64,000 bases of DNA from an uncultured Acidobacteriota bacterium (GCA_963809485.1 CAWEJX010000008.1:64001-128000); one strand, 5' to 3'. Shown: positions 18,849 to 29,109, counted from the stretch's first letter. The notes: a model not told the origin generated them from the letters alone. Numbers and translations: made by a program.

Positions 18849-19916
18849 TTACTTTCCTTTGACTTTTGTTTTCGAAGCTTCGCTCTTCGGCCCGGCTTCA
18901 GCCTCAAGGGCTTTGAGTTCGGCATACATCTTCTGGACATTGGCGGGAAACAGGTTCTGGAACCGGTAGGCAGAGTATTTCGCGGGCAGCTGCACTGCCT
19001 GGATTGCTTGCTCCAGAGGGTCTCCGCGCGCGACCGCAGGTTCGACCATGCTTTTGAGTTCATGGAAATAGGCCAGAAATTTTTCCACGGCCTTACGGTC
19101 TCCCACAGCGCCGTGGCCTGGAACAAAGGTTTCCGCCTCCAGCTTCAGCACGTTTCCGAGCGTATCCATCCAGTTTAGAATGTTCGCGTCCTGGACATTC
19201 GGGATCGCCTCATTGAAAAACAGGTCTCCAAGAAAAGCGATTTTGGCAGCAGGCAGGAAAAGCACGATATCCCCATTGGTGTGGCCTTCGCCGAGGAATA
19301 CCAGCCGGACTTCCTGATTCCCTTCTTTCAGGGTCAGTCGTTCCTCCAGCGTTACGGAGGGAGCCTGAATGCGCAGACGGGATAAATTGGCCAGATATTG
19401 CTGGCGGCTTTCGATCTGCTCGCGGTAGCGCTGCGCCTGAGCGCGATTCCCTTCCCCCTCCATCTCGCGGCGCAGCTTTAGTATTTGCGATCCGGCGATT
19501 GCCATGGTCCGTTCGAGCGACGGGATATCCATTTCCAGCACGCCATTGCGGGCATTCAGGCTGCTGATCAGCTGGGCACCTTCAAACGCCTGGTTGCCGT
19601 GTGTGTGGTCCGCATGCGCGTGGCTGTTGACGACATAGCGTACCGGTTTGGGCGATATAGAGCGCACCTGATCCAGTAGTGCCTGGCCCGCCTCAGGAGT
19701 GAAATGAGTATCGAACACCAGCACGGAACGGTCCAGAACCAATATCCCCGTGTTGCCTACGGCATTTCCGTCCGGATTCGAGATGCTTGCATAGACCTGA
19801 TCGGTGATCTTCACCAGGTCCGCATTTTCTTTGGCCGATCCGGCCGGGCTATTAAGCCAGGTGAAGACTGTCAAAAACAGAAGAACCGCCGCTGATCCAT
19901 TCGCAGCCATCAACAC
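18849..19916 (-). CDS. Secreted MBL-fold metallo-hydrolase with helical insert
   Basis: Signal peptide, SHAHADHTHGN, GHTNGD, PGHG. Confidence 0.85.
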   Translation of the reverse strand: MLMAANGSAAVLLFLTVFTWLNSPAGSAKENADLVKITDQVYASISNPDGNAVGNTGILVLDRSVLVFDTHFTPEAGQALLDQVRSISPKPVRYVVNSHAHADHTHGNQAFEGAQLISSLNARNGVLEMDIPSLERTMAIAGSQILKLRREMEGEGNRAQAQRYREQIESRQQYLANLSRLRIQAPSVTLEERLTLKEGNQEVRLVFLGEGHTNGDIVLFLPAAKIAFLGDLFFNEAIPNVQDANILNWMDTLGNVLKLEAETFVPGHGAVGDRKAVEKFLAYFHELKSMVEPAVARGDPLEQAIQAVQLPAKYSAYRFQNLFPANVQKMYAELKALEAEAGPKSEASKTKVKGK

Positions 19917-20018
19917 CTCGCGATTGTTCCAGGCTCCCCGGCGCCTGTCGCGGAAAACACTCTGGGACCGTCCAGCTTATGTTAGCAGCTCAGCGGAATG
20001 CCTTACAGATCGGTGTGA

Positions 20019-20282
20019 TAATTACATTGATAAATCCCCGGCTCTGCCGGGGGACTCAAAGAGTTTGACAGCTCCGTATTTTAAAACGCTGAGAAACGCC
20101 GATTTGTTCGGCGAGGTTCGGCGAGCAAAAGCCGATGAGGCACTTCGCGCTGGCCCCTGCGGGGATCGGAAGCGCCTCATCGGCTTTTGCCCGCGTAAGT
20201 CAGCGTTCAAGACCGGGGCAACTCCTCCAACCGCTTTGAGCGGTTCAAATCTTGCCTCCGGCTTTGCCGGAGGTATCTGACT
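20019..20282. mobile_element. Copy 2 of the IS200/IS605-like non-autonomous element (both hairpin ends intact)
   Basis: Left TAATTACATTGATAAATCCCCGGCTCTGCCGGGGG; right CCGCTTTGAGCGG and CCTCCGGCTTTGCCGGAGG hairpins. No transposase ORF and no TIR or TSD. Confidence 0.8.
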
Positions 20283-20464
20283 TCCGGGCGCAAGCCGCAA
20301 TTACCAGGTTTACGCTCCAGGACTCGAGACCTGCAACCTCTGCCTGTTCGTCGGCCATCATCCCGGGCGATGCCTTCCGGAGGCTCGGCCAGGGTTCTCG
20401 CACCCTATATGCTGGCAGTGTGCAATGAGGATTGGTTCTTGGACAGAAGTGCCGCCTGGTCCCG

Positions 20465-21667
20465 TTATTCCCGGAACAACCGGGGAGCAAAGCCCGATTC
20501 GCGCTGCCGGGGAGCCTCCACCAGACTGACTGATTTCTGCATCCTGGATCGTCCCCGGTAGAGCGTAACCTTGACACTGTCTCCGGGACGTTTTTTCTCC
20601 AGAAGCAATCGTAGCTCATCCAGCGAGGACACCTGCTGGCCGTCAACCTCCGTGATGATATCCCCCCCGATAAGGATGCGCTCGTTATATAGGAGCGCGA
20701 TCTGATTCGCCCCCTGAATTCCGGCGTTATCTGCGGAACTCCCGCGATGAACCCGGGCCACCAGGATGCCGGTCTCGACCGGGAGATTCAAATCGCCCGC
20801 GAGATCTTCATTCAGGGAGTAGCCTTCCACGCCGAACCAGGGACGAAGCACCCGTCCCTCCCTTATCAATTCGGTTGCAACGCGGCGGATTGTGTTTATG
20901 GGGATGGCGAAGCCGATGCCTATGTTTCCTCCGCCGATGGTAAAAATCGAGGTGTTAACTCCTATCATCTCGCCGCTGGTATTCAGCAGAGGCCCCCCGG
21001 AATTTCCGGGGTTGATCGCGGCATCTGTCTGGATGACGTTGTCCACAAGGTCGCCGCCCTCTGTCCGGATCCTCCTGCCCACGGAGCTGACGATGCCGAC
21101 CGTCAGTGTATTCTGCAGGCCGAGGGGATTCCCGATGGCCAGCACTTTCTGCCCGACTTTCAAGGCATCCGAATTTCCGAAGGGAATGGGATACAGACGT
21201 TCCTTGGGAGCTCCGATCAGGCGAATGACGGCAAGGTCGTTCTGCTGGTCGACTCCGACAACCTTGGCATGATATTTGGTCCGGTCGGGAAGCGCGACCT
21301 CCAGGCTTTCCGCGGATTCTATTACGTGATAATTCGTCAGAATGTGCCCGTCCCGATCCAAAACGCATCCGCTGCCCGTCCCCTCGCGGGCGACCGGTGT
21401 GAAGAAAAATTCATACTCCACGACCGTTCGGGTAATATTGACCACACCCGGACTGACGTTGCTGTAAACCCTGATGTTGGTTTCTTCATCCGTGCTCAGC
21501 GCCGCCTGCTCTGCAGGAACTGCTGCAAGAGCGGGTGCCGGCGTTTCCCTGGCGGGGTGCCCGGGAATCCAGTTCCACCGCAACCCAATAAACGTCGCGG
21601 CGCTCGCCAGGAGCGCCGCGATAATGCACAACCTTACGGGATGATTTCTCATACGGCCCACCCGCAT
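20465..21667 (-). CDS. HtrA/DegS-like trypsin protease with PDZ domain
   Basis: LTNYHV, DLAV, IQTDAAINPGNSGGPL, C-terminal PDZ (GDIITEVDG). Exact start uncertain. Confidence 0.92.
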   Translation of the reverse strand: MRVGRMRNHPVRLCIIAALLASAATFIGLRWNWIPGHPARETPAPALAAVPAEQAALSTDEETNIRVYSNVSPGVVNITRTVVEYEFFFTPVAREGTGSGCVLDRDGHILTNYHVIESAESLEVALPDRTKYHAKVVGVDQQNDLAVIRLIGAPKERLYPIPFGNSDALKVGQKVLAIGNPLGLQNTLTVGIVSSVGRRIRTEGGDLVDNVIQTDAAINPGNSGGPLLNTSGEMIGVNTSIFTIGGGNIGIGFAIPINTIRRVATELIREGRVLRPWFGVEGYSLNEDLAGDLNLPVETGILVARVHRGSSADNAGIQGANQIALLYNERILIGGDIITEVDGQQVSSLDELRLLLEKKRPGDSVKVTLYRGRSRMQKSVSLVEAPRQRESGFAPRLFRE

Positions 21668-21715
21668 TTCCCCGGGGCTTTGATATATCAGCCCCGGATG
21701 GATCGCTGACTGCGG

Positions 21716-22855
21716 CTACCGAAGGGTGATCGCAATCCCGCTTGAAGATATGTTCATATTCATCGCGAGAGAGCTCTTGGGAAGGTCGGGGACCGTCACC
21801 GTCGTCGTCATCTTGAAAATGCTCATGGCAAGCTTGTAATCCCCGGTAGGGACCGGTTGCGAGAAGCGGCAATTGCCTTTATTGCCTTCGGTCAGGATGG
21901 GCGTCGACTGATAGGATCCGGATGGTCCCTGAAGAACCAGCACAAACCCGTCCAGCCGGTCCATGCTGAACGCTCCACTCAGCCTGGTAATGGAAACAGA
22001 AATGGATTTGGGCGCCTTCTTGAGCGCCTCTTCCTTGGCGTCCTTCTGCCGTTGCTGCTCGGCTTCCTCCTGCACATTCCCGAACCATCTCGATCGCATG
22101 GCCTCCAGATCGCCGGAGGTTTTCAGCCTGTCGATGGTCTCGTTGATTTTCGCAAGAAGCTCCGTTTCAGCCTTGCGCACAACCACGGCGTACTGATACT
22201 TGTTGACCAGGTCGGGCAGCGTAGTCGTGTTGGGATAGCTCTTGTATCCGCTGTAAGTCAGGATGGGCTTGTCACCCACGACCGCATCGATTTCAGCCCG
22301 GTTCAGAGCGCCCAGAGCGTCGTCCATGGTCGAAAACCTTGAAATGGCAACGCCCGCCGCTGTCTTCTGGGAGGACATGAAGCTGTCGCCCGGGCGTCCG
22401 GTGCAAACACCGACCTTCTTGCCGGCAAGACTGGCGAGCCCCTTGATCTCGAAGTTATCCCGCCGGTGAGCAATGGCATCCCCGCTGTCGTAGTAAGGCT
22501 TTGAGAAGGCGAAATCCTCGCCCCGTTTGGGATCGATCGCTATGGCGGAGATGATGATTTCCGCTTCTCCGTTCTTGAGCAATTCAAACAGATGGTCGTA
22601 GCCGGAAACCTTGACCCATTTGATTTCGATGCCCAGATCCTTCCCTATCTCGGTGCCGAGATCGACATCCATTCCCTGAACACCGGTCCCAGACCCAAAC
22701 TCCAGGGGTGCATTCACAGCGTCAATGATGATGCGCACCAACTTGTTCTTCTTCATGCTTTCCGCGGCGCTTGGAATTTCTTTTTCCTTCTGACCGCATC
22801 CCGCAAGGGTTATCACAAGGCTGATAATCAATAGAGTGCATTTTGCGATTCGCAA
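21716..22855 (-). CDS. Amino-acid ABC-type substrate-binding lipoprotein (SBP family 3) with extra C-terminal domain
   Basis: Lipobox LAGC, GMDVDLGTEI, FAFSKPYY, LLAKINETIDRLKTSG...RWF, then about 120 extra aa. Confidence 0.8.
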   Translation of the reverse strand: MRIAKCTLLIISLVITLAGCGQKEKEIPSAAESMKKNKLVRIIIDAVNAPLEFGSGTGVQGMDVDLGTEIGKDLGIEIKWVKVSGYDHLFELLKNGEAEIIISAIAIDPKRGEDFAFSKPYYDSGDAIAHRRDNFEIKGLASLAGKKVGVCTGRPGDSFMSSQKTAAGVAISRFSTMDDALGALNRAEIDAVVGDKPILTYSGYKSYPNTTTLPDLVNKYQYAVVVRKAETELLAKINETIDRLKTSGDLEAMRSRWFGNVQEEAEQQRQKDAKEEALKKAPKSISVSITRLSGAFSMDRLDGFVLVLQGPSGSYQSTPILTEGNKGNCRFSQPVPTGDYKLAMSIFKMTTTVTVPDLPKSSLAMNMNISSSGIAITLR

Positions 22856-23004
22856 TTCTTACCTCCTAAGGGGAAATAGCAGCCAACTGCACAGTTCGAT
22901 GGCCGGCAGGTGGTATTCTAGCCAAATTGGAACAGCTACCAAAGCTTTTTTCGATAATACTTTGAAAAGTCCCAGCCTGATAAAACCAGCCTTCGCAATT
23001 TCGG

Positions 23005-24192
23005 TTAAAGCCTCCGGTCTCTCAATGTTAAAAGGATACTGCCTGCAGCCAGCAAATTCGAGATGGCCCCCAGCACGCAAACCGCCGTGTAGCCCCTCCA
23101 TTCGAACAGGATGCCGGAGAGCAGGCCGGCCAGGCCGATCCCGAGCTGCGAAAAGGAATTCTTCAGGGCGACAAACGTGCCGCGCAGATCCGAAGGCGCG
23201 ATTTCCGTGAGCACCGCCTCCATAGGACCCTGTCGGAAGGCTGCCGATACGCTGATAGTGCCGAAAACCGCGAATAGGGCCCATCCCCAGTGCATGCCCG
23301 GAAGGATGAAGAGGAACAATGCCAGAAACAGGCTGCTGAGAATAAACTGGAGTCTTTTGCCAATTCTATCGGCGATCGATCCGGCAAAAGGGGACGCCAG
23401 AAGGGCTGCGATCCCCGAAACCAGAAATACAAATCCGACCCTGCTGCCCGAAATGCCGAACGAGTCCTTTAGCCATACCCCAAGGAACGCAAGAAAGCCC
23501 ATGGTCCCGGCTGATGCGAAAAAGGAGCTCATCAATGCCCCGACCGAGATCTTTTCCGTTAAAAAGCCTCTATATTGCTTCCAACACTTCGCCAACGGCA
23601 TGGCCGGGCTGCTGCCGACCTTTCGGGACAGCGCTGGCAATATAAAATACACGGCAGAAAGCGCCCCAAGCGACAATCCCGCCATGGCAGCGAAGACGGT
23701 ATTCCAGCCGAAGCGTTCGCCCATCCACGATCCCAGCGGCACTCCCAGTATCAAGGCAGCAAAATAGGACGAGAAAATGCACCCCATAGCCCAACCGCGG
23801 TTTTGATAGGGGAAGAAATCGGCCGCATAAGACAGGGTGTTGAGGCTGAGCATGCTTGCACCCATTCCGGTAACGATCCGTCCGGTGAAAAGACCGGCAA
23901 AATCCGCAGACATGCTCGAGAGCACCGAACCGGCCCCGAAGATCATCAATCCGAGGCACAAGCCCTGCCTGCGTCCGAAAACATCCGACAGCGGCCCCCA
24001 GATGAGGACAGCCAATCCGGCGCAAAATGAATATCCGGTAAAAAGCAGACCCATATCGGGGGCAGATGCCCTGAATTGAGCGCGGATGAAGGGAAGCAGC
24101 GGGCTGAGTATTTGGTTGTCGGCTACCCCGACGAAAAGAATACTGAAGAGACAGGCGAGGACTCTCCATTCATCCTTGGGTCGGGAGGTCAT
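23005..24192 (-). CDS. MFS transporter
   Basis: About 12 hydrophobic segments, motif A GPLSDVFGRR and GSIADRIGKR. Start set at ATG 24192. Confidence 0.9.
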   Translation of the reverse strand: MTSRPKDEWRVLACLFSILFVGVADNQILSPLLPFIRAQFRASAPDMGLLFTGYSFCAGLAVLIWGPLSDVFGRRQGLCLGLMIFGAGSVLSSMSADFAGLFTGRIVTGMGASMLSLNTLSYAADFFPYQNRGWAMGCIFSSYFAALILGVPLGSWMGERFGWNTVFAAMAGLSLGALSAVYFILPALSRKVGSSPAMPLAKCWKQYRGFLTEKISVGALMSSFFASAGTMGFLAFLGVWLKDSFGISGSRVGFVFLVSGIAALLASPFAGSIADRIGKRLQFILSSLFLALFLFILPGMHWGWALFAVFGTISVSAAFRQGPMEAVLTEIAPSDLRGTFVALKNSFSQLGIGLAGLLSGILFEWRGYTAVCVLGAISNLLAAGSILLTLRDRRL

Positions 24193-24199
24193 GCGAGCG

Positions 24200-24559
24200 T
24201 TATTCGAAGTGCTTGATTTGCAGATGCTCGGCCGCAATGTCGGTCAAATCGACGACAGACGCTGCCGCCACGCCCATTGCGATGGCAATGGCTTCACTGA
24301 TTTCCTCGCGGGTGGCGCCGAATTTCTTCGCCTTTTTGATGTGCCCGTTCAGGCAACCCTGACACCTGAATCCCAGCGATGCGGCAATAGCAATAAGTTC
24401 TTTCGTTTTGCGATCGATCCTGGATTTTTTGTACGTCTCCTGGTAGAAGTCGAAATAAATCTTCTTCATCCGGTCTTCAACCATCGTATACGAAGGCCAT
24501 CCTGCCTTGGGTTCCGGAGTCATCGCATTCTGGTTCGTGGCATCCAGCGGATCTTTCAT
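24200..24559 (-). CDS. Carboxymuconolactone decarboxylase/AhpD family protein
   Basis: KTKELIAIAAS..RCQGCLNGH..GATREEISEA (CxxC-H). AGGAG RBS. Confidence 0.88.
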   Translation of the reverse strand: MKDPLDATNQNAMTPEPKAGWPSYTMVEDRMKKIYFDFYQETYKKSRIDRKTKELIAIAASLGFRCQGCLNGHIKKAKKFGATREEISEAIAIAMGVAAASVVDLTDIAAEHLQIKHFE

Positions 24560-24616
24560 AATGCCGGATTTCTCCTTTCTTAAGCGGGGCTAGATTAGGA
24601 AGCTGGAAAACTTAAG

Positions 24617-24640
24617 GATCGTATCACTAATGATACGATC
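24617..24640. promoter_or_regulatory. Perfect palindrome, candidate operator upstream of AhpD-MFS
   Basis: GATCGTATCA-CTAA-TGATACGATC, about 60 bp upstream of the AhpD-like start. Confidence 0.45.
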
Positions 24641-24664
24641 TTCACAACGCCGTAAGACCTACAT

Positions 24665-25018
24665 TTAACTAGTTTCTGCTCCGAAAATAGCGAAGCTGAT
24701 GAATCAGTTACACCCTTCATTCACCAAATTGAGCGTCGGCGAAGCCGATTTTCATGCGCTTGGGTGCGCCCCGGGCGCATGGAGGACTGTCGCGAAACTG
24801 GTTTGCGTCGCGTAGCGACGCTTGAGATTCAGCCGTCGCTACGCGACGGAAAACCTAACTCCTTTAGGCCCAGGCCTTAAAAGGCCTGGCTAAATTCAGC
24901 TGGCCGCTGCGCGGCCTGCCTCTCATTTCCGGCTTCCATGTAATATCAAATATCCTATCGGCTGTTATAAGATCCGGTTTCCTCGCAAAACCCGGGTTTC
25001 GCTGCAGAAACTAATTAG
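24665..25018. mobile_element. TIR-bounded MITE with REP-like palindromes (copy A, with extra 111-bp segment)
   Basis: Ends TTAACTAGTTTCTG ... CAGAAACTAATTAG. 24790-25018 is an inverted near-copy of 54252-54479. Confidence 0.75.
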
Positions 25019-25102
25019 CAATGACAAACGCTGAAATCAACCTATATCCATATTTGAGGTCCACACAAAACCGATCGACCTGGCTGCAGCAGAAATATCA
25101 GC

Positions 25103-25567
25103 TTACAGAGAGCGCTGCATGATCCAGGCGTCTTCGACGGGATCCGTATAATAATTCAGACGGGTTCCCATAATCCGGAAATCATGGTTGTAGTAAAACT
25201 GTATTGCATTCTGGTTGGATTTTCGCACTTCGAGAAAACACCGGCTGCAGCCGCGCTGCATCCCTTCCGCATAGGCTGTTTCCATCAACTGAGTGCCGAT
25301 TCCCTGGCGCTGCCACCCGGGGAAAACTCCAAGCTTAAGGATTTCCAGATCCTCGCAGATCGAGCGGGCAAGCACGAATCCGACCAAAATCTGCCGGCCG
25401 GGATCTTCCATCCATACAGCTTTGCAGCCAAAATATTCCGGGGACTCTTCGAGGAAGCGGCGATAGTTGTCCTTTCCCCAAAAAGCCAGCTGCACCTGAT
25501 CCTCGAGAGGCCTGAGCGCCGGGACGTCATCCACAGTAAGGCGGGCAAGAAAACAATTCGATCCCAT
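25103..25567 (-). CDS. rimI: Ribosomal-protein N-acetyltransferase RimI-like (GNAT)
   Basis: QRQGIG, FLEVRKSNQNAIQFY, NYYTDPVEDAWIM. Directly downstream of tsaB. Confidence 0.85.
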   Translation of the reverse strand: MGSNCFLARLTVDDVPALRPLEDQVQLAFWGKDNYRRFLEESPEYFGCKAVWMEDPGRQILVGFVLARSICEDLEILKLGVFPGWQRQGIGTQLMETAYAEGMQRGCSRCFLEVRKSNQNAIQFYYNHDFRIMGTRLNYYTDPVEDAWIMQRSL

Positions 25568-25568
25568 T

Positions 25569-26282
25569 TCAGCGCACCCGCTCTTTTTTTCTGACAGCAT
25601 CCGGAGGCCTTATGTACAGGGGCTCGGAAACCAGGTACTCTCCCGAGCGCCATGCCCTTTTTCGAGATAATGCGAGCCGGCCGATATCTGCGGCCAGGAA
25701 AAGATCCGTGGACAGGATGCGGGGCCAGCCCGAATCCTTCGTACTGCCGAATCCGCAAACCTGCGTCTCTCCCGCTATGAATAAATGTCTGCCCGCAATA
25801 CGCTGCGCTAATTCCGTCGCATCCAGCAGCGCAGGCTTTCGAGCGATGCGGCAACGGCCTTCCCGACAGAGAAACTCGGCATAATAAACCTGAGACCTGT
25901 GCGCATCCAGAACTACCCCGACGGTTCCGCTGGCCTTCATTAAGGATGCGGCCTGATGAGCCAGTGCGTCAAGCCCCGAGATCCCGGCGAAGGGAATCGA
26001 AAGAGACTGCGCGATTCCGAGCGCGGTAGCCATGCCGATTCGAATGCCGGTGAATGAACCCGGACCGATCCCTATGGCCACAAGGCTAAGGTCGGCCAGT
26101 TTCCATCCCAGCCGCTCCAGCAGAAAATTTATCGAACTGAGCAGGATGGTCGAGTGGCTTTGCGGCGCATGCAGCCGCAGTTCGGCAAGCACTTCCCGCC
26201 CTTCGAGCAGAACGACACTTCCCCGCACAGATGAGGTGTCGAAGGCCAAGATCCTGGAAGCCCGTTTCAAAGGTATCATCAT
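25569..26282 (-). CDS. tsaB: tRNA t6A biosynthesis protein TsaB
   Basis: ILAFDTS, GPGSFTGIRIG, DAHRSQVY, PLYIR. Start near 26282/26279. Confidence 0.92.
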   Translation of the reverse strand: MMIPLKRASRILAFDTSSVRGSVVLLEGREVLAELRLHAPQSHSTILLSSINFLLERLGWKLADLSLVAIGIGPGSFTGIRIGMATALGIAQSLSIPFAGISGLDALAHQAASLMKASGTVGVVLDAHRSQVYYAEFLCREGRCRIARKPALLDATELAQRIAGRHLFIAGETQVCGFGSTKDSGWPRILSTDLFLAADIGRLALSRKRAWRSGEYLVSEPLYIRPPDAVRKKERVR

Positions 26283-26311
26283 TGACAATAGCAGGAGCCG
26301 AATTATATACT
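26282..26311 (+). promoter_or_regulatory. Near-consensus sigma70 promoter toward mutS, overlapping a minus-strand TATAAT for tsaB
   Basis: TTGACA(26282-87)-N18-TATACT(26306-11). ATTATA at 26302-07 reads TATAAT on the minus strand. Confidence 0.55.
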
Positions 26312-26526
26312 GCAGGTTCTTTATATACAAGCACTTGTGCCCCGAATCGGCGTTTCCCGGGGGGGCCATGTCCCCGAAGGGTTTTCCATCGCAGCTGGTC
26401 CGGGCACCGTGTCGGACCGGAACGGAAAACCACCCGGGCCCGACAATTCCATGAAGGACGGCGGGAGGGCAACTCCCCGGATCGTCAGGCTGCAAAAAAT
26501 GCCCGGCGGTATAAGAAAAGAGCGCA

Positions 26527-29028
26527 ATGGAAGACCTCACACCAATGATGAAGCAATACCATGAGGTCAAAAGGCGCTTTCCGGGCAAGCTTGTCTTCTT
26601 CCGTCTGGGCGATTTCTACGAGATGTTTTACGAGGATGCAGTTCTGGCGTCCCGGGAACTGGAAATCACCCTCACTTCCCGCAACAAAGATAAGGGCGGG
26701 GCCCCAATTCCCATGTGCGGAGTTCCCTATCATTCTGTCGACGGGTATATCGCCCGCCTGATGAAAAAGGGACACAAAATCGCGATTTGCGAACAGGTGG
26801 AAGATCCCAAGACGGCAAAGAAGCTGGTTCATCGCGAGGTTACGCGGGTTCTGACGCCGGGAACCGTGGTCGAGGAAATGCTCCTGGAACCCAAGGACCA
26901 CAACTACCTGGCCAGCCTGTGCATCAGGGAAAATGCAGCCGGTTTGGCATTCATGGACCTTTCGACCGCTGATTTCCTGTCTACTGAATTTCTGGGAGAT
27001 GGGTTTTGGCAGAAGGCCGTGGATGAGCTGACCCGCTTTTCTCCGCGCGAGATTGTCCTTGCCGATCAATCCAGCCGGGAGATACAGCAAAGCCTCATCC
27101 GGGACTGGTCCGAGGATTGGGTTCCCAGCCCATTGGAGGATTGGGCCTTCAACCTGGATTATGCGCAGCGTGTTCTCCTGGAGCACTTCAATCTCGCCAG
27201 CCTTGACGGTCTCGGCGCCGCCGGCCGGTCGCTGTCCCTGTGCGCCGCCGGAGCCCTGATCCACTACCTCAGGGACTCTCAGCTCGCCCAGCTGGGTAAA
27301 GTAGCGACTCTTCATTTCTTCGAGCCGACAGAGTTCATGAAGCTGGACGCCTCGACCGTGACGAACCTGGAGCTGGTCCATGCCCTGGACGGATCGAAAA
27401 AGGGATCGCTTCTGTTTTTTCTCGATCAGACAAAAACGGGAATGGGAGCGAGGCTGCTCAAGTCCTGGCTCCTGCTGCCGTTGCTGGCCCTGGATGAGCT
27501 CCACCGGCGGCAGGATGCGGTCCAGGCCCTGACCGCCGGCGTTCAGGCCCATGGCCGGCTTGCGAATAAACTGGCGGAAATTCACGACCTGGAACGGCTC
27601 ATAAGCCGCGTGCTGGTGGGAGTCGCCGGACCGCGCGAACTGCTTGCGCTGCGCGATTCCCTCCGAACCATTCCCTCGGTGCAAAGCCTGCTGGAGGTTT
27701 TCCATGCACCGCGCCTAAGCGAGATTCGGGGGCAGCTGGATACCCTGGACGAGGCTGTCAGCCTGATCGAGGCAGCGATCGCCGAGGATCCGCCCGCTTC
27801 TGCGAGCGATCCGGGCATTATCCGGGCCGGCTACTCCCGGGAACTGGATGAGCTGCGCTCGATACGTCACAGCGGAAAAGGCTACATCGCTTCCCTGGAG
27901 GCTCGGGAGAGGCAGAAAACCGGGATTCAATCTCTCAAGGTCAAATTCAACCAGGTATTCGGTTATTTCATCGAAGTCACGAACTCCAACCTTGCTCTGG
28001 TGCCCCCGCACTACATCCGCAAACAGACGCTGGTGAACTGCGAGCGTTTTGTGACACAGGAGCTGCAGGAGTACGAAGAAAAAGTCCTGGGGGCGGAAGA
28101 ACGTATCGCGGCGCTGGAAAAGGAGCTTTTTTCAGAGGTGCGCCGGGCTGTCGGCATACAGGGCACACGCGTTCAGGCCACGGCCCGACTTCTGGGGGAA
28201 CTGGACACCTATGCGGCGCTGGCCGAAATTGCCATAAAAAATGACTATGTGCGCCCCCAATTGACAGACGGCGATGAAATATACATCCGCCAGGGGCGCC
28301 ATCCTGTGGTTGAATTGCAGAGCCGCCCGTTCATTCCCAATGACCTGTACATGAACTCAACCACGGACCAGCTCATCATCCTGACCGGGCCCAATATGGG
28401 CGGCAAGTCGACTTATCTGCGGCAAACGGCGCTTATCGTGATCCTGGCGCAAATGGGTTCCTTTGTCCCGGCAAAAGAGGCGCGCCTGGGTTGCGTGGAC
28501 CGGATCTATACGCGGGTCGGCGCCTCGGACAACCTTGCCCGCGGACGATCCACTTTCATGGTCGAAATGATCGAGACCGCCAACATCCTCAATACCGCCA
28601 CCCACCGCAGCCTGATTCTTCTGGATGAAGTGGGCCGCGGGACAGCAACTTTTGACGGCCTCTCTCTGGCATGGGCCATCGCGGAATACCTCGTTCAGAA
28701 TCCGTCCCATCGCGCCAAAACTCTATTTGCCACGCACTACCACGAGCTGACCAAAATGTCTCAAGTCCACTCCGGAGTGAAGAATTACTGCATGGCCATT
28801 CAGGAAGCCGGCAAGGAGATCGTTTTTCTCAGAAAAGTCACTCCGGGAGCGGCGGACAAGAGCTACGGCATCGAGGTGGCACGCCTGGCCGGGATGCCCC
28901 GGGAGGTTGTCGCAAGAGCCAATGAAATTCTGGAGCGCCTGGAAAAGAAAGAAATCGATCTTACAGGGCGTTCGCGCAGGCGTCCGGCCGATGAAGTCCT
29001 CGATGAAATGCAGCGATCGCTCTTTTGA
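26527..29028 (+). CDS. mutS: DNA mismatch repair protein MutS
   Basis: TPMMKQY, GDFYEMF, TGPNMGGKSTY, STFMVEM, DEVGRGT, FATHYHEL. Confidence 0.97.
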   Translation: MEDLTPMMKQYHEVKRRFPGKLVFFRLGDFYEMFYEDAVLASRELEITLTSRNKDKGGAPIPMCGVPYHSVDGYIARLMKKGHKIAICEQVEDPKTAKKLVHREVTRVLTPGTVVEEMLLEPKDHNYLASLCIRENAAGLAFMDLSTADFLSTEFLGDGFWQKAVDELTRFSPREIVLADQSSREIQQSLIRDWSEDWVPSPLEDWAFNLDYAQRVLLEHFNLASLDGLGAAGRSLSLCAAGALIHYLRDSQLAQLGKVATLHFFEPTEFMKLDASTVTNLELVHALDGSKKGSLLFFLDQTKTGMGARLLKSWLLLPLLALDELHRRQDAVQALTAGVQAHGRLANKLAEIHDLERLISRVLVGVAGPRELLALRDSLRTIPSVQSLLEVFHAPRLSEIRGQLDTLDEAVSLIEAAIAEDPPASASDPGIIRAGYSRELDELRSIRHSGKGYIASLEARERQKTGIQSLKVKFNQVFGYFIEVTNSNLALVPPHYIRKQTLVNCERFVTQELQEYEEKVLGAEERIAALEKELFSEVRRAVGIQGTRVQATARLLGELDTYAALAEIAIKNDYVRPQLTDGDEIYIRQGRHPVVELQSRPFIPNDLYMNSTTDQLIILTGPNMGGKSTYLRQTALIVILAQMGSFVPAKEARLGCVDRIYTRVGASDNLARGRSTFMVEMIETANILNTATHRSLILLDEVGRGTATFDGLSLAWAIAEYLVQNPSHRAKTLFATHYHELTKMSQVHSGVKNYCMAIQEAGKEIVFLRKVTPGAADKSYGIEVARLAGMPREVVARANEILERLEKKEIDLTGRSRRRPADEVLDEMQRSLF

Positions 29029-29109
29029 TTCCCAGGCGGCCCTGCGCTTCACGGCTTTGGAGTTCAGGGCGGAAGCATAGGTGCACTGAAGCGGCGGCAG
29101 GAACGCAAA

